This document shows, piece after piece, positions 19,350-30,000 of a stretch of 64,000 nucleotides of DNA (position 1 is the stretch's first letter; each line of letters starts with the position of its first letter). The stretch is from Ichthyobacteriaceae bacterium (GTDB lineage: Bacteria > Bacteroidota > Bacteroidia > Flavobacteriales > JADGDT01). Location: assembly GCA_016744755.1 (NCBI GenBank), contig JADGDT010000006.1, positions 2,066-66,065 of the forward strand, written 5' to 3'. A program made the position numbers and the translations under genes. The notes under the pieces were generated by a model, which searched no databases, was not told the DNA's origin, and worked only from the letters and a program-made list of their open reading frames with translations.

Positions 19350-20681
19350 TTATTCCTCATCTTCTTCCTCTGTCTTCTCCTTTACATCCATTCCCGGTTT
19401 CAATGTACGTGAAACCATAATGTAAGGACCTGTAATTATTTCATCACCTTCTTTCAATCCTTTAGTAACCTGTATATTCTCATCATCTTGAATACCTGTC
19501 TCTACAATTCTAATTTTAGATTTACCTAAAGAATCAACTACAAACACACATTCGAAAACATCCTTTTTACTAACTGCTTTTTTATCATCATCTTCAGTCG
19601 CTTCTTCCTGGTCTTCTTCTACTTTTTCCTTCTTCTTTTCTTTGAATTTCCCCGAAACTGAAGTAGTATCATTTCTTGTTGTTACAGCGCTAATTGGCAC
19701 TCCAACAATTCCTTTTTTACTTCTTGTTTTTATATCAACAGTGGCTGTCATTCCTGGGCGGAAAGGAGAATATATCAATCCCATTTCTTTTGCAACTTCT
19801 TGGTAAGACTCTTTTAGTATTCTTACAGTTACTTTAAAATTAGTAACCTGATCGGCACTAGTACCAGCAGTAATCGCAGAATTTGCAATTTCTGTAACAA
19901 CTCCTTTAAATTTTTTATTTAAGAAAGCATCAACTTCTATATCAGTTTCATCGCCAAGTTTCACTTTTATGATGTCGTTTTCATTTACATCAACTTCTGC
20001 TTCCATATCGTTAAGGTTCGCAACTCGCAACAACTCAGTACCAGCCATTTGTTGTGTTCCCACTACTCTTTCGCCAAGCTCTACGTTTAACCTCGAAATT
20101 GTTCCATCCATTGGCGAGAAAATACTTGTTCTTGCCAAATTATCTTTCGCTTCTTTTAATGTTGCTTGAGAACTTGAAACTTGGTATTTCGCAGATTCTA
20201 CCTGTAATTTTGCTACTTCGTAATTTGCTTTTGCCTTATCCCATTCCGATTTAGAAATAGTTTCGTTGTCGTACAGTTTTTTATTCCTGCTATAATCTTG
20301 TTCAGACTCAATAAGTCTTGCCTTTGATTGCTGATAAGCCGATTTTGAAGACTGTAAAGAAGCATGAGCCCTATTAACACTCGACTCATAAATATCAGGA
20401 TTTATCTCTACCAAAAGTTGTCCTTTTTTTACTTCCTGACCTTCTTTTATAGGTAGTTTAATTATCTCTCCCGAAACCTCTGGAGCTATTTTTACCTCAA
20501 CCTCTGGTTTAATTTTACCTGATGATGAAACAGTTTCAGTAATATCTACTAATTCAACCTTAGATATTTCTACTTCTCTAGAATCGCCAGTCTCGCCAAA
20601 CAATCCTTTCTTCTTGGCTACTATCAACACGACTATCAATACTACAATCGCAACAATTATGTAAATGTGCTTCTTTTTCAT
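19350..20681 (-). CDS. Efflux transporter periplasmic adaptor subunit (HlyD/MacA-like membrane fusion protein)
   Basis: N-terminal TM anchor, a lipoyl-like hairpin (GEIIKLPIKEGQEVKKGQLLVEI), long coiled-coil heptads and beta-barrel domains. It also has an unusual acidic/lysine-rich insert and tail. Confidence 0.85.
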   Translation of the reverse strand: MKKKHIYIIVAIVVLIVVLIVAKKKGLFGETGDSREVEISKVELVDITETVSSSGKIKPEVEVKIAPEVSGEIIKLPIKEGQEVKKGQLLVEINPDIYESSVNRAHASLQSSKSAYQQSKARLIESEQDYSRNKKLYDNETISKSEWDKAKANYEVAKLQVESAKYQVSSSQATLKEAKDNLARTSIFSPMDGTISRLNVELGERVVGTQQMAGTELLRVANLNDMEAEVDVNENDIIKVKLGDETDIEVDAFLNKKFKGVVTEIANSAITAGTSADQVTNFKVTVRILKESYQEVAKEMGLIYSPFRPGMTATVDIKTRSKKGIVGVPISAVTTRNDTTSVSGKFKEKKKEKVEEDQEEATEDDDKKAVSKKDVFECVFVVDSLGKSKIRIVETGIQDDENIQVTKGLKEGDEIITGPYIMVSRTLKPGMDVKEKTEEEDEE

Positions 20682-20858
20682 CTTTTAAAGACTTTTATAT
20701 TTTTAACTCGTTATTCTTATTTTTAACCTAGGCTCTAGTATAACCTCTACACTTTAACGTTTTCAAACTCAGCTTCCAACATCTAACTCAAAACTTATAG
20801 CCTTCAACTCCCTACTTCTAACATCAGACTTCCGTCTTCCTACTTCCTACTTACAAAA

Positions 20859-22286
20859 CTACATGCCGTCAAATCTTTCTCCGAAATAGTATTCCAATAT
20901 TTTCACTTTAAAAATAAAGTCATACTTAGATCGCAACATGGTAGATTGTGCTTTCACCAATCTTGTTCTACTTTGGTTATAGTCGTATTCGCTAATTGAC
21001 CCTACATCTCTTTTTTGCTGTGCATACTTGAAAGCCTCTTCTATAGATTCCAGAGCTTTCTCTCCCGATTTGAATGTTTTCAATGCCGCATTAGCATCAG
21101 CTTGGGCTTTCTCTATTGATTGTCTTAAATTATTTTTCTCAATTTCCATATCCAGCTCAACTTGTTTAAGCTGAATTTTTTTTAGCCTAACCGTGTTACG
21201 ACTATTAAATCTATTGAAAAGTGGTATCCTCAAGTTTAGACCTACATAGTGGTTCTTACCATCGTTCATCTGGTCCCAAAACGGATATCTCTCACTCCCA
21301 TTTGCTGCAACATCAGTAAAAACTGTTTCACCCGAACTACCAACATACCCTATTGGTAATTGTTGAGAATTACCTGTAATAACAGCTCTATTTTTTTCCA
21401 ATAAAAATCTAGAAGAAAACTGATAAACAAAACTCAAAGTAGGACTGTAATTTCCTTTAGCAATACTTAAATCTTTCTGAGCGGAGAATATTTTATTCTC
21501 GTAATTTTTTATAAGGTATTGAGTTTCTAAAGCTTTTTCGTAAACTTCATCGTTAGATTTCTCCATCATACCTAAAGCTGGAATTGGAAAATCTTCCTCT
21601 ACAATATCAAATTCTTTTGTGTACTCTATTTGCAGAAGTTGGGTTAAAGCCAATTTAGACAGCATCAAACTATTTTCTACAGCCACAAGTTGTTGCTCAT
21701 CGTTAGCCAAAGTAGCTTGACTCTCATACAAATCTCCTTTAGTTTTTTTACCTGCATCAACAAATCTCTGTACCCTATCCTCTTCATTTAGAGATAGCTG
21801 AACCTGATCTTCTGCAACTTTCAAAAATTCCCTGTTAAGTATAACATCAAGATATGCATTTGCAACCTGAAGACTAATATTGTCTTTCATCTGCTCCAAA
21901 TTGTATTGTGCCGAAAGTATATCAAATTTGGCTTTCCTATAACTATTCAAGTTTTGTAAACCCGTAAAAAGACTCCATTGCGAAGTTGCATTTACTCCTA
22001 AAGAGTTTGACTCGTTATTTAGAATTCTGTTTGTAGTAGGGTCTATAGAAAATCCATTATTGTACGAATAAGAAGAGCTCAGATTAGCATCAGGCAAAAA
22101 ATTACCAAACTGCGAACTCTTTTGATTCTCACTAATTTCCAGATTTAACTGCGATTTTTTAACTGTCAAGTTATTCTCTCTTGCATAGATTATACATTCT
22201 TCCAAAGAATACTTTTTTTGTGCTTGTAGAGGATTCGTCGATCCTATAAAAAGTAACGAAAACACAAACAATAACTTATTCCACAT
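20859..22286 (-). CDS. TolC family outer membrane efflux protein
   Basis: 475 aa with a signal peptide, the duplicated OEP repeat pattern and a typical SLEECIIYARENNLTVK start. Confidence 0.85.
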   Translation of the reverse strand: MWNKLLFVFSLLFIGSTNPLQAQKKYSLEECIIYARENNLTVKKSQLNLEISENQKSSQFGNFLPDANLSSSYSYNNGFSIDPTTNRILNNESNSLGVNATSQWSLFTGLQNLNSYRKAKFDILSAQYNLEQMKDNISLQVANAYLDVILNREFLKVAEDQVQLSLNEEDRVQRFVDAGKKTKGDLYESQATLANDEQQLVAVENSLMLSKLALTQLLQIEYTKEFDIVEEDFPIPALGMMEKSNDEVYEKALETQYLIKNYENKIFSAQKDLSIAKGNYSPTLSFVYQFSSRFLLEKNRAVITGNSQQLPIGYVGSSGETVFTDVAANGSERYPFWDQMNDGKNHYVGLNLRIPLFNRFNSRNTVRLKKIQLKQVELDMEIEKNNLRQSIEKAQADANAALKTFKSGEKALESIEEAFKYAQQKRDVGSISEYDYNQSRTRLVKAQSTMLRSKYDFIFKVKILEYYFGERFDGM

Positions 22287-22328
22287 AATTAAGGTTAATT
22301 TCTGTAATTTTTAATTTAAGTCAGTTAA

Positions 22329-22336
22329 CAAATATA
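22329..22336 (-). promoter_or_regulatory. -7 promoter box (TATATTTG on the minus strand) for the TolC-adaptor operon
   Basis: Exact TAnnTTTG match 43 nt upstream of the ATG at 22286. Confidence 0.4.
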
Positions 22337-23232
22337 ACAAACGAGTTCTTAAACTAATCTCAAATAATAAGTATGCAATCACAAAGTATTGTTAAATTTT
22401 AAGTGCTATACCAAATGCACTATGAAATGGCGTTTAAATAAATTGGAATATATTTTTCTTTTACGAAGCAAATTTTATCTGCATAGCCGTAGTTATGGAT
22501 ATTAAATTTAATGAAGCAAAAGTAAAATAGAAACAATTTATAAAGGTCATTTCATATTGTTTTTGGTATTAATGCCAGCTTTACGTGCTATCGTTTTTAC
22601 TCCTCGCAAAAATATGTTTCACAAAACAATTATGTTAGCTTCCTTTGGTCAGCTCACACAAATGCTTGTTCAATTATATTTTTTGCTGTGGGGTATCAAC
22701 TCTATCACTGCTGGAAATGATTTCGGAATTTAAAAACAAAATATCCTTAACTTAAAAAATCTTAACAATTAATGTAAGCAACAATAACTCCTTAATATAA
22801 AATTTATTGGTTTCGCTCCTATGGGCTTACTATTCTATTAGTTACACTAATTTTATTAAGGTTACGACACATACGTGGCTGAATATATGCTCAGATTATA
22901 GTTATAGGGCTAACAGCGTTTCCGAATTTTTGATATGTGAAAAAATATTTAACCTACACCTTTCTACTTTGTAATTACTGTCATTTCTACCGAAGTGGAG
23001 AAATCTCAGAAGATTGGCTATCAAACAATGAGGTATTTCGACTTCACTACGTTTCGCTCAAGATGACGCAACAATTAAGACATCATCAATTCACCTACCT
23101 CGCCATAAAGGCGAGTTGTAGTTTTTCAATATTAAACATACACCTCAAAATGAGGATACAAAAATATCATCCACAGCAACCAAAATAAAACCAAAAAATC
23201 ATTACTTTTCTATCCTAAAATATCAAGTTAAA

Positions 23233-24354
23233 ATGAAAATACTAATAGCACCAGATTCTTTCAAAAATGCTCTTTCATCGTTAGATGTAGCAAAGAGATT
23301 GAAAAAGGGACTGATTGTTAATAAATCACTAGAAATTTCAATTCAGCAATTAAGCGATGGTGGCGAAGGGACTTTAGATGTAATTCTCGAAAATACACTT
23401 TTTGAAAAAGAAACAATTGCTGTTACAAACCCAATTGGTAAAAGAATAAATTCAAGTTACGCTATCAACAAAAAAGAAAAATCAGCATTTATAGAAATTG
23501 CACAATCCGCAGGTTTAGAACTTCTTAAAAACGAAGAACAGAATCCACTTTACACAACTACTTATGGAGTAGGCGAAATGATTGTTGATGCTTATAAAAA
23601 AGGAATCCAAAACTTTACATTATCACTCGGAGGAAGTGCCACAAACGATGGTGGAGCAGGTTTACTATCGGCACTGGGAATTCAGTTTATTGGAGTTGAC
23701 AACAGATATATTTCAAATTCCGATTTAAAAAATATTAACAAAGTAAACCTAGAAAATCTTAAAATTAAGGACTGTAAATTTAAAATATTGGTAGATGTAA
23801 ACAATCCACTACTAGGCAAAAATGGAGCAACACAAATTTATGCATCACAGAAGGGAGCAAAAAAAGAAGATTTACAAATACTAGAAAATAACCTTTCTCA
23901 TTTTGTCAAAATAGTTTCAAAAACTACAAATACCAATTATAAAAACTTTGAAGGTTGTGGAGCTGCAGGAGGAATTGCTTTCGGACTAAAGAGTTTTTTC
24001 GATGTAGAAATAGTTTCGGGAATTACCGAAATTATGAATGCCTGTAATTTAGAACAACAAATAAAAGACTCTGATTTAGTAATTAGTGGCGAAGGATCTT
24101 TAGATTCTCAATCGCAAAATGGCAAATTACTTAGTGGTATTGCCAGTATGTGCTATCAGAATAAAAAGCCATTTATTATTGTTGCAGGTAAAGTAGAAGA
24201 TGTAGAAATGGAATATTTTTTCAGCAAAGGTTGCAAAGCCATAATCCCTATTCAAGACAAGCATCAAACTTTAAAAGAATCAATACAAAGGACTAGCGAA
24301 ATGTTGGAGAACGTTGGAGTAAATATTGCTGATTTAATTAGTCTTATTAAATAA
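23233..24354 (+). CDS. Glycerate kinase
   Basis: 373 aa. The N-terminus MKILIAPDSFKNALS and the GGSATNDGGAGLL and ISGEGSLDSQSQNGK motifs are characteristic of the GlxK/GarK family. Confidence 0.9.
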   Translation: MKILIAPDSFKNALSSLDVAKRLKKGLIVNKSLEISIQQLSDGGEGTLDVILENTLFEKETIAVTNPIGKRINSSYAINKKEKSAFIEIAQSAGLELLKNEEQNPLYTTTYGVGEMIVDAYKKGIQNFTLSLGGSATNDGGAGLLSALGIQFIGVDNRYISNSDLKNINKVNLENLKIKDCKFKILVDVNNPLLGKNGATQIYASQKGAKKEDLQILENNLSHFVKIVSKTTNTNYKNFEGCGAAGGIAFGLKSFFDVEIVSGITEIMNACNLEQQIKDSDLVISGEGSLDSQSQNGKLLSGIASMCYQNKKPFIIVAGKVEDVEMEYFFSKGCKAIIPIQDKHQTLKESIQRTSEMLENVGVNIADLISLIK

Positions 24355-24888
24355 CTCTATCGCTTTAAGAACCCGTTTTCCTGCTGCTTGAAACGATGGC
24401 AAACTTCCTGCCATATTATTAACTATGTGGAGTTTTAGGTCTAGTGCTATCCAACTTCTTTTCTGAAGTAGGTTTTGTAAAGTGTACATACCAAAAGCTA
24501 CAATTGCGGCTTTCTCGTTTTTACAAATTACCCACCCAAAAGAAATATCAACAATACTATCTATTTGTTTTTCGGTTAAAAACTGAATATGGTATTTATC
24601 GGTAAGTGTAATAAAAACTCTTGCAAAATTTCTAGAAACTGCTACGTGCTTTGCGTTTTTAATTTCGGAAAGTATAAAGTCTAAATGAGGAATAAATTCA
24701 ATATAAAAATCTTTAGAAAACTTCCCTAAAACCCATGCCGAACGTTGAGATAATAATTTATCTCCTTTTAAAATTATCAGCAATAATTCTAATAATTTCG
24801 CTGGATTTGATTCTACATATTCAGAGATGAATTCAGCATTTTTTACTGAATGCTCCTTTAGTATTTGACTCTCTAAATTCATCACCAA
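24334..24888 (-). CDS. Hypothetical all-helical (HEAT/ARM-like) protein
   Basis: 184 aa, starting 7 nt after the upstream sirtuin stop. I recognise no catalytic motif, and its 3' end overlaps the convergent glycerate kinase gene by 21 nt. Confidence 0.5.
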   Translation of the reverse strand: MVMNLESQILKEHSVKNAEFISEYVESNPAKLLELLLIILKGDKLLSQRSAWVLGKFSKDFYIEFIPHLDFILSEIKNAKHVAVSRNFARVFITLTDKYHIQFLTEKQIDSIVDISFGWVICKNEKAAIVAFGMYTLQNLLQKRSWIALDLKLHIVNNMAGSLPSFQAAGKRVLKAIELFNKTN

Positions 24889-24895
24889 AATGCAA

Positions 24896-25585
24896 TTATC
24901 TACTCAGTAACTCATTTACAAGTTTAGGTAGTCCTACAGTAGCTTTCTCTTTTATAAAAATAATATTATCTTTTTCTTGAACACTAGGAACTTCAGGGTC
25001 TACAATATAAATATCGCTGTAAGAGGGAATGAAATCTAAAATCTCTGCAGCCGGATAAACTTGTAGCGAAGATCCGATAACAATAAATATATCTGAAGTT
25101 TTAGCAATTTCAATAGCTTCTGACATTCTAGGAACAGGCTCTCCAAATAATACTATGTGCGGTCTGAGTTGAGTGCCATCTTCACTCAAATCACCTAGAT
25201 TTATATCTCTACCTTTTTCTACATCAACTATAATATCAGAGTTATCCATACTTCTAACCTTGTCTAATTCGCCATGCAGGTGTAGAATATTAGTTGAACC
25301 AGCTCTTTCGTGAAGATTGTCTACGTTTTGAGTAATAACCGTAACATCATATCTATTTTCTAAATCTACTAAAGCAAGATGTGCAGCATTTGGATCAGAT
25401 TTCCACATTTTTTGCCTTCGCATGTTATAAAACTCAAGCACCTTTTCTGTATTATTCTTTAGTGCTTCGGGTGATGCTAGTTCACGAGGATCGTATTTTG
25501 GCCAAAATCCATCAGCATCTCTGAAAGTATCTATCCCACTTTCTTTACTAATTCCTGCACCAGAGAGTATTGTAATTTTTATCAT
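24896..25585 (-). CDS. Sir2 family NAD-dependent protein deacylase, a short form without Zn-ribbon cysteines
   Basis: GAGISKESGIDTFRD, TQNVDNLHERAGS, the catalytic HLHGE and GSSLQVYPAA. The protein contains no cysteine at all. Confidence 0.9.
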   Translation of the reverse strand: MIKITILSGAGISKESGIDTFRDADGFWPKYDPRELASPEALKNNTEKVLEFYNMRRQKMWKSDPNAAHLALVDLENRYDVTVITQNVDNLHERAGSTNILHLHGELDKVRSMDNSDIIVDVEKGRDINLGDLSEDGTQLRPHIVLFGEPVPRMSEAIEIAKTSDIFIVIGSSLQVYPAAEILDFIPSYSDIYIVDPEVPSVQEKDNIIFIKEKATVGLPKLVNELLSR

Positions 25586-26175
25586 GAACTATAATTATTC
25601 TTTTCTTTTGAAACTATATGTATCAGCCTTATTATTATCTATTATACTATACTAAAATCCTGTATATCCATTAAACTTAAAAGTAATTACCTATATAAAA
25701 TTTAAGTTTAATCATAAATATTAAATATAATTCTGTAAAGATAGAATAAAAAAATCAAGTGATTAATACACAATAAAATCATTTTGTATTATCAAATACT
25801 AGTTGAATCAATAGGGCTTACAATACATTTACATAATAATATAGTTATATAACTAGCAATACTTTAAATTGAGGAGTTTAACCATATACTCAAAAAGGTA
25901 ATAAATTTCAGATTACAACAAAAATATGCATAGCTAATTATAGATTACAATCATTCATATATAATATCAGAATAATAATGTTCTAAATACACTAAAGTAA
26001 TCTAATACTTACACGCTTTAAAACTTCTATACTTCCTTTATCTTGAATATAATGTTATTAACAGAGAGTCTCTTCATTTTCATCTAAATATAATAAGCTT
26101 TTGAAAATCTTTTCATAGAATTGATTAAATAAAAAGCCTCCCAGATTTTAATAAAAATTTAATAAATTAATAAAA

Positions 26176-27006
26176 ATGAAAAGAATTTTAACTAAATCAT
26201 TTTTATTGTTTGCTATTAGTATTTCCAATATTGGAAATACCCAAACAATAGAAAAACTGGATGCTAAAGGAGCTCATGCACAATTCTCAAGTGATGAAGA
26301 GGCTATCATAATCTCCAAATCAAATTATTCAACAATTGAAAAATTTAATTTATCATCAAGAAAACAAGTTGTCTTAGAAAAAGGTCGTGGCATTGCATAC
26401 AACAGCTATATAGACAATAATACAGTTTATTTGAAAGGTAACGATAGTAAAACAAAAACTATCAATATCCAAACTGGAGAAAAAGGTTCTATTGCCGAAG
26501 ATAAGAGTCCGAAAATAGCAGCAAAATTATCTACTTTAAAACTTGGAAAAAAATCTTATGTTGTAGCAATTGATGTTATTCCTACTATAATGATTGATGG
26601 ATTTATTGTTGTTTACAGCGATGGTTCTCAAAAAGAATTTAATCCACGAGGTAAGAAAACCTATATAGATATTTCTTTATCTCCTGATGGGGAAAAAGTT
26701 CTTTACTCTAGTATTAAAGGAACAGAAATATTATCCTTAACTGACAACACAATTATTCCTTTGGGTCTTTTTGAAGCTTCAAAGTGGATAGGCAATAACA
26801 ATATTATTTACATGTCTACAATTGATGATGGTAACAAAGTAATAGAAAGTGATGTTTATATATTTAACTTTTCGAAACGTACAAAAATTAATTTAACTAA
26901 AGGATTCAACGGTATAGCCTTATACCCTTCTTCATCAAAAGACGCTTCAAAAGTTTTGTTTAATAACGAAAAAGAAGAAGTATTCTTAATAACACTTAAT
27001 AAATAG
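26176..27006 (+). CDS. Secreted PD40/TolB-like beta-propeller repeat protein
   Basis: Signal peptide and an SLSPDGEKVLYSS-type repeat. It ends 4 nt before the large T9SS cargo gene. Confidence 0.6.
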   Translation: MKRILTKSFLLFAISISNIGNTQTIEKLDAKGAHAQFSSDEEAIIISKSNYSTIEKFNLSSRKQVVLEKGRGIAYNSYIDNNTVYLKGNDSKTKTINIQTGEKGSIAEDKSPKIAAKLSTLKLGKKSYVVAIDVIPTIMIDGFIVVYSDGSQKEFNPRGKKTYIDISLSPDGEKVLYSSIKGTEILSLTDNTIIPLGLFEASKWIGNNNIIYMSTIDDGNKVIESDVYIFNFSKRTKINLTKGFNGIALYPSSSKDASKVLFNNEKEEVFLITLNK

Positions 27007-27010
27007 AGCT

Positions 27011-30000
27011 ATGAAAAGAATATTTACTTTATTGTTTGCATTATTTACTAGTGTTGTAATGAATGCTCAAACAGAATCACAGACCATTGATATAAAAAAT
27101 AGAATTGAAAATTCCTTACCTACAAATTTACCAAACATTTTTAATGGCGTTAAAATTTGTGTAGATCCAGGGCATGGTGGTCATAACGATGGCAATGACA
27201 GATACATATATTGGCTAGACAGATATATAGGTGTAAATGATTATGGTTTAGCATATTGGGAGTCTAACGGTAATTTCTATACTGCCCTTTACATGCGTGA
27301 GGTTCTAGAAGAGTTAGGAGCTCTTGTAAAACTTACTAGAGAAATGAATGATAACGACATTATTCTTTCTGGTACTTCATACGGAAACGGAGGAGCAATT
27401 GGTACTTCTGATCCTAAATTATCTTACAGAGAAAATATATCAAACGCATTTGGTGCAAAATATTTCCAATCTATACACACTAATGCTACTGGTGCTGTTG
27501 GTGGAGATGCAACGCCAAATACGGCTAACTATGTTCGTACATATATTCCAAATAGCAATAGTACTATTCAAACTTCTTTGGCTGTGAAAATGGCAAACAA
27601 GAACATCGAGATGAATTATTCTTACGATACTCAAGCTCAAGTTCACGAGTTTTCGGTAACAAATAATGTATACGCTTATGCTGTACTTACCGAAGGTGGG
27701 TTTCATACTCACATTGCCGAAGCCAGACGTCTTAGAAGCCCTTTGTATTTACAAGCACAAGCAATGTCATGGATTAAAGGTTTTGTTGATCAAGAAGGAA
27801 AATCAAATTTAATTACTTGGGGAGAAATTGGAGGAATAACTTATTCTGATGATGCAAGTGAATATACCGTTGGAGAAACTGCTAGAGGTATAGAATTAGG
27901 TTTAGGACTAAATCAAGTTAAGGTAACTTTAGATAAAGGTACTACCGATGAAAAGAGTATAGTTGTTGACCAAGATGAATTGGACGCAAACTATAACGAA
28001 GGCGAGCACGTTTCTGGAGGAAACCACATTACACAAAGTGGAGGTTACAACGGATATTACTATTTCAATTTTGTATCTCCAGGCTCTCATACCCTTACTT
28101 TCGAAAGATCTGGTATAGCAACAAAAACACAGAATGTTACAGTTACTGCTAGTAAATATTTACGTAACGATGTAAAACTTACTGTAATTGGAAATCCTGC
28201 TTCTGCCCCAACCCTTACATTAGTTAGCCCTAATGGAACTGATGGAGTTTTTGCAAAATGGACTCCAAACTATACTTCTAGTGATTTAGCTGGGTACCAA
28301 TTGTTCTATGCTACTGACGATAATCAAACTGTTTGGAAATTAGCAGCTGATGAAAACACAATTAATGCTTCAGCTACTTCTGTAAGTATTGCATCAAAAA
28401 CTAGTTTTATAAATATTCCTATAAGCACCCCAAAACATTACAAAATTGTTGCTGTAACTACAGTTGATGGCGCTAAAATTTTAGGAGAAGAATCAGAAGT
28501 TCTTTCAAAATATTCTGGAAATATAAATTCTAATATTCTTATTGTTGAAGGATTCGATCGTAGAGATGGATCGTATAGTTCTAATGATAATTTTATTACA
28601 AAATATATAAATGCTATTGCTGGAGCTAAAAATGTAAGTGTTTCATCAACGCTAAATGATTACATAATTAGTGGAGATGTAAATCTATTAGACTTTGATG
28701 CTGTTGTTTGGATATTAGGAGATGAATCAACTGCTACAAGTACTTTTGCTTGGAACGAAAGGTCGTTGGTTGATGATTATCTTGATGCTGGTGGAAACTT
28801 ATTTGTTTCTGGTTCTGAGATTGGTTGGGATTTATCTAACAAAGGAAATACTGCTGATAAAGCATTTTATGCTGATTATCTGAAAGCTGTTTATATTGCA
28901 GATGGATCGGCTAGAACGATTGCAAATGGTGTAGATGGAACTGTTTTAGATGGAGTTACAGTTGCTCCTAATTATACTTATACGGCAGGATATGCCGATG
29001 AAATTGCAGTATTAAATGGTTCTACTTTAGTTATGAAGTATAGCAATGGAAGCGGTGCAGGTGTGTACTATAAAGGTACATTTGGAACAGGAACAATAGA
29101 CGGATCTGTAATGCACTTATCTTTCCCTCTTGAAGCTTCTTCTACTGCTGATATGACCATGATTCTAGAGAAATTTATTGATGGTTTTTCCACCTCTGTT
29201 CCTACAACAGTTGCACCTATAGCTAGCAATGACTCTGGTGTAACATTCGAAAATCAAGAAATAGTAATTGATGTATTAACAAATGATACGGATGCTGATG
29301 GAGATATAGATGCTTCAACTTTGGCAATTGTTAGTGCATCACAAAATGGAAATGTAGTTATTGCTAATAATAAAGTAACCTATACTCCAAATGCAAATTA
29401 TGTTGGAAGCGATACGTTTACTTATACTATATCTGATTCAGAAGCGCAAGTATCTAACATTGCTACAGTAATAATGAATGTACAATCGTGCGAATTAACA
29501 GCTACAAGTTCCGATACTTATTTTGTTCGTTACGTATTATTTAATGATATAGATAACAATCAAGTATTGCTAAATCAATCTGTAGCGGATGGTGGTTATG
29601 CTGATAATACCAGTAAAATAATTAGTGTTGTTTCTGGTAAAGAATACAAAGCTATGCTTCGTGGAAAATATGGAATCGATAATGCTGTAAATCAATCTTA
29701 CTGGAAAGTTTGGATAGATTACAATAGCGATGGTAAATTTGACGGATCAAACGAAGAAGTAATTAGTAAGGAAGGTGATACTTATGCTTACAATAATTTT
29801 ATTGTAGACAGTAATATTGCAATTGGCAACTATACACTTAGAGTAGCTACAAGTTCACAACCAATAACAAGTGCTTGTGGAGATATCGTTGCTGGCGAAA
29901 TTGAAGACTATACTCTTAAAGTAAACCCAGAAGGATTAGTTGCTACTAGTGATGCTGATCATTACATCTCTTACTTTAAAGTTTACGAAGCTACAAACAC

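Noticed and set aside
22937-23188. 83-aa ORF in the large TolC/glycerate-kinase intergenic region.
   Set aside because: It reads straight through the dispersed repeat element (22996-23068). It has no -7 box at a sensible distance, and its composition is odd (Cys/His/Tyr/Leu-rich). It is probably non-coding.
24896-25585. Interpreting either sirtuin as a Thoeris/DSR/SIR2-HerA-type defence effector.
   Set aside because: Both are short (229 and 244 aa), stand-alone CobB-like deacylases. They have no SLOG, TIR, HerA, pAgo or large N- or C-terminal extensions and no such neighbours.
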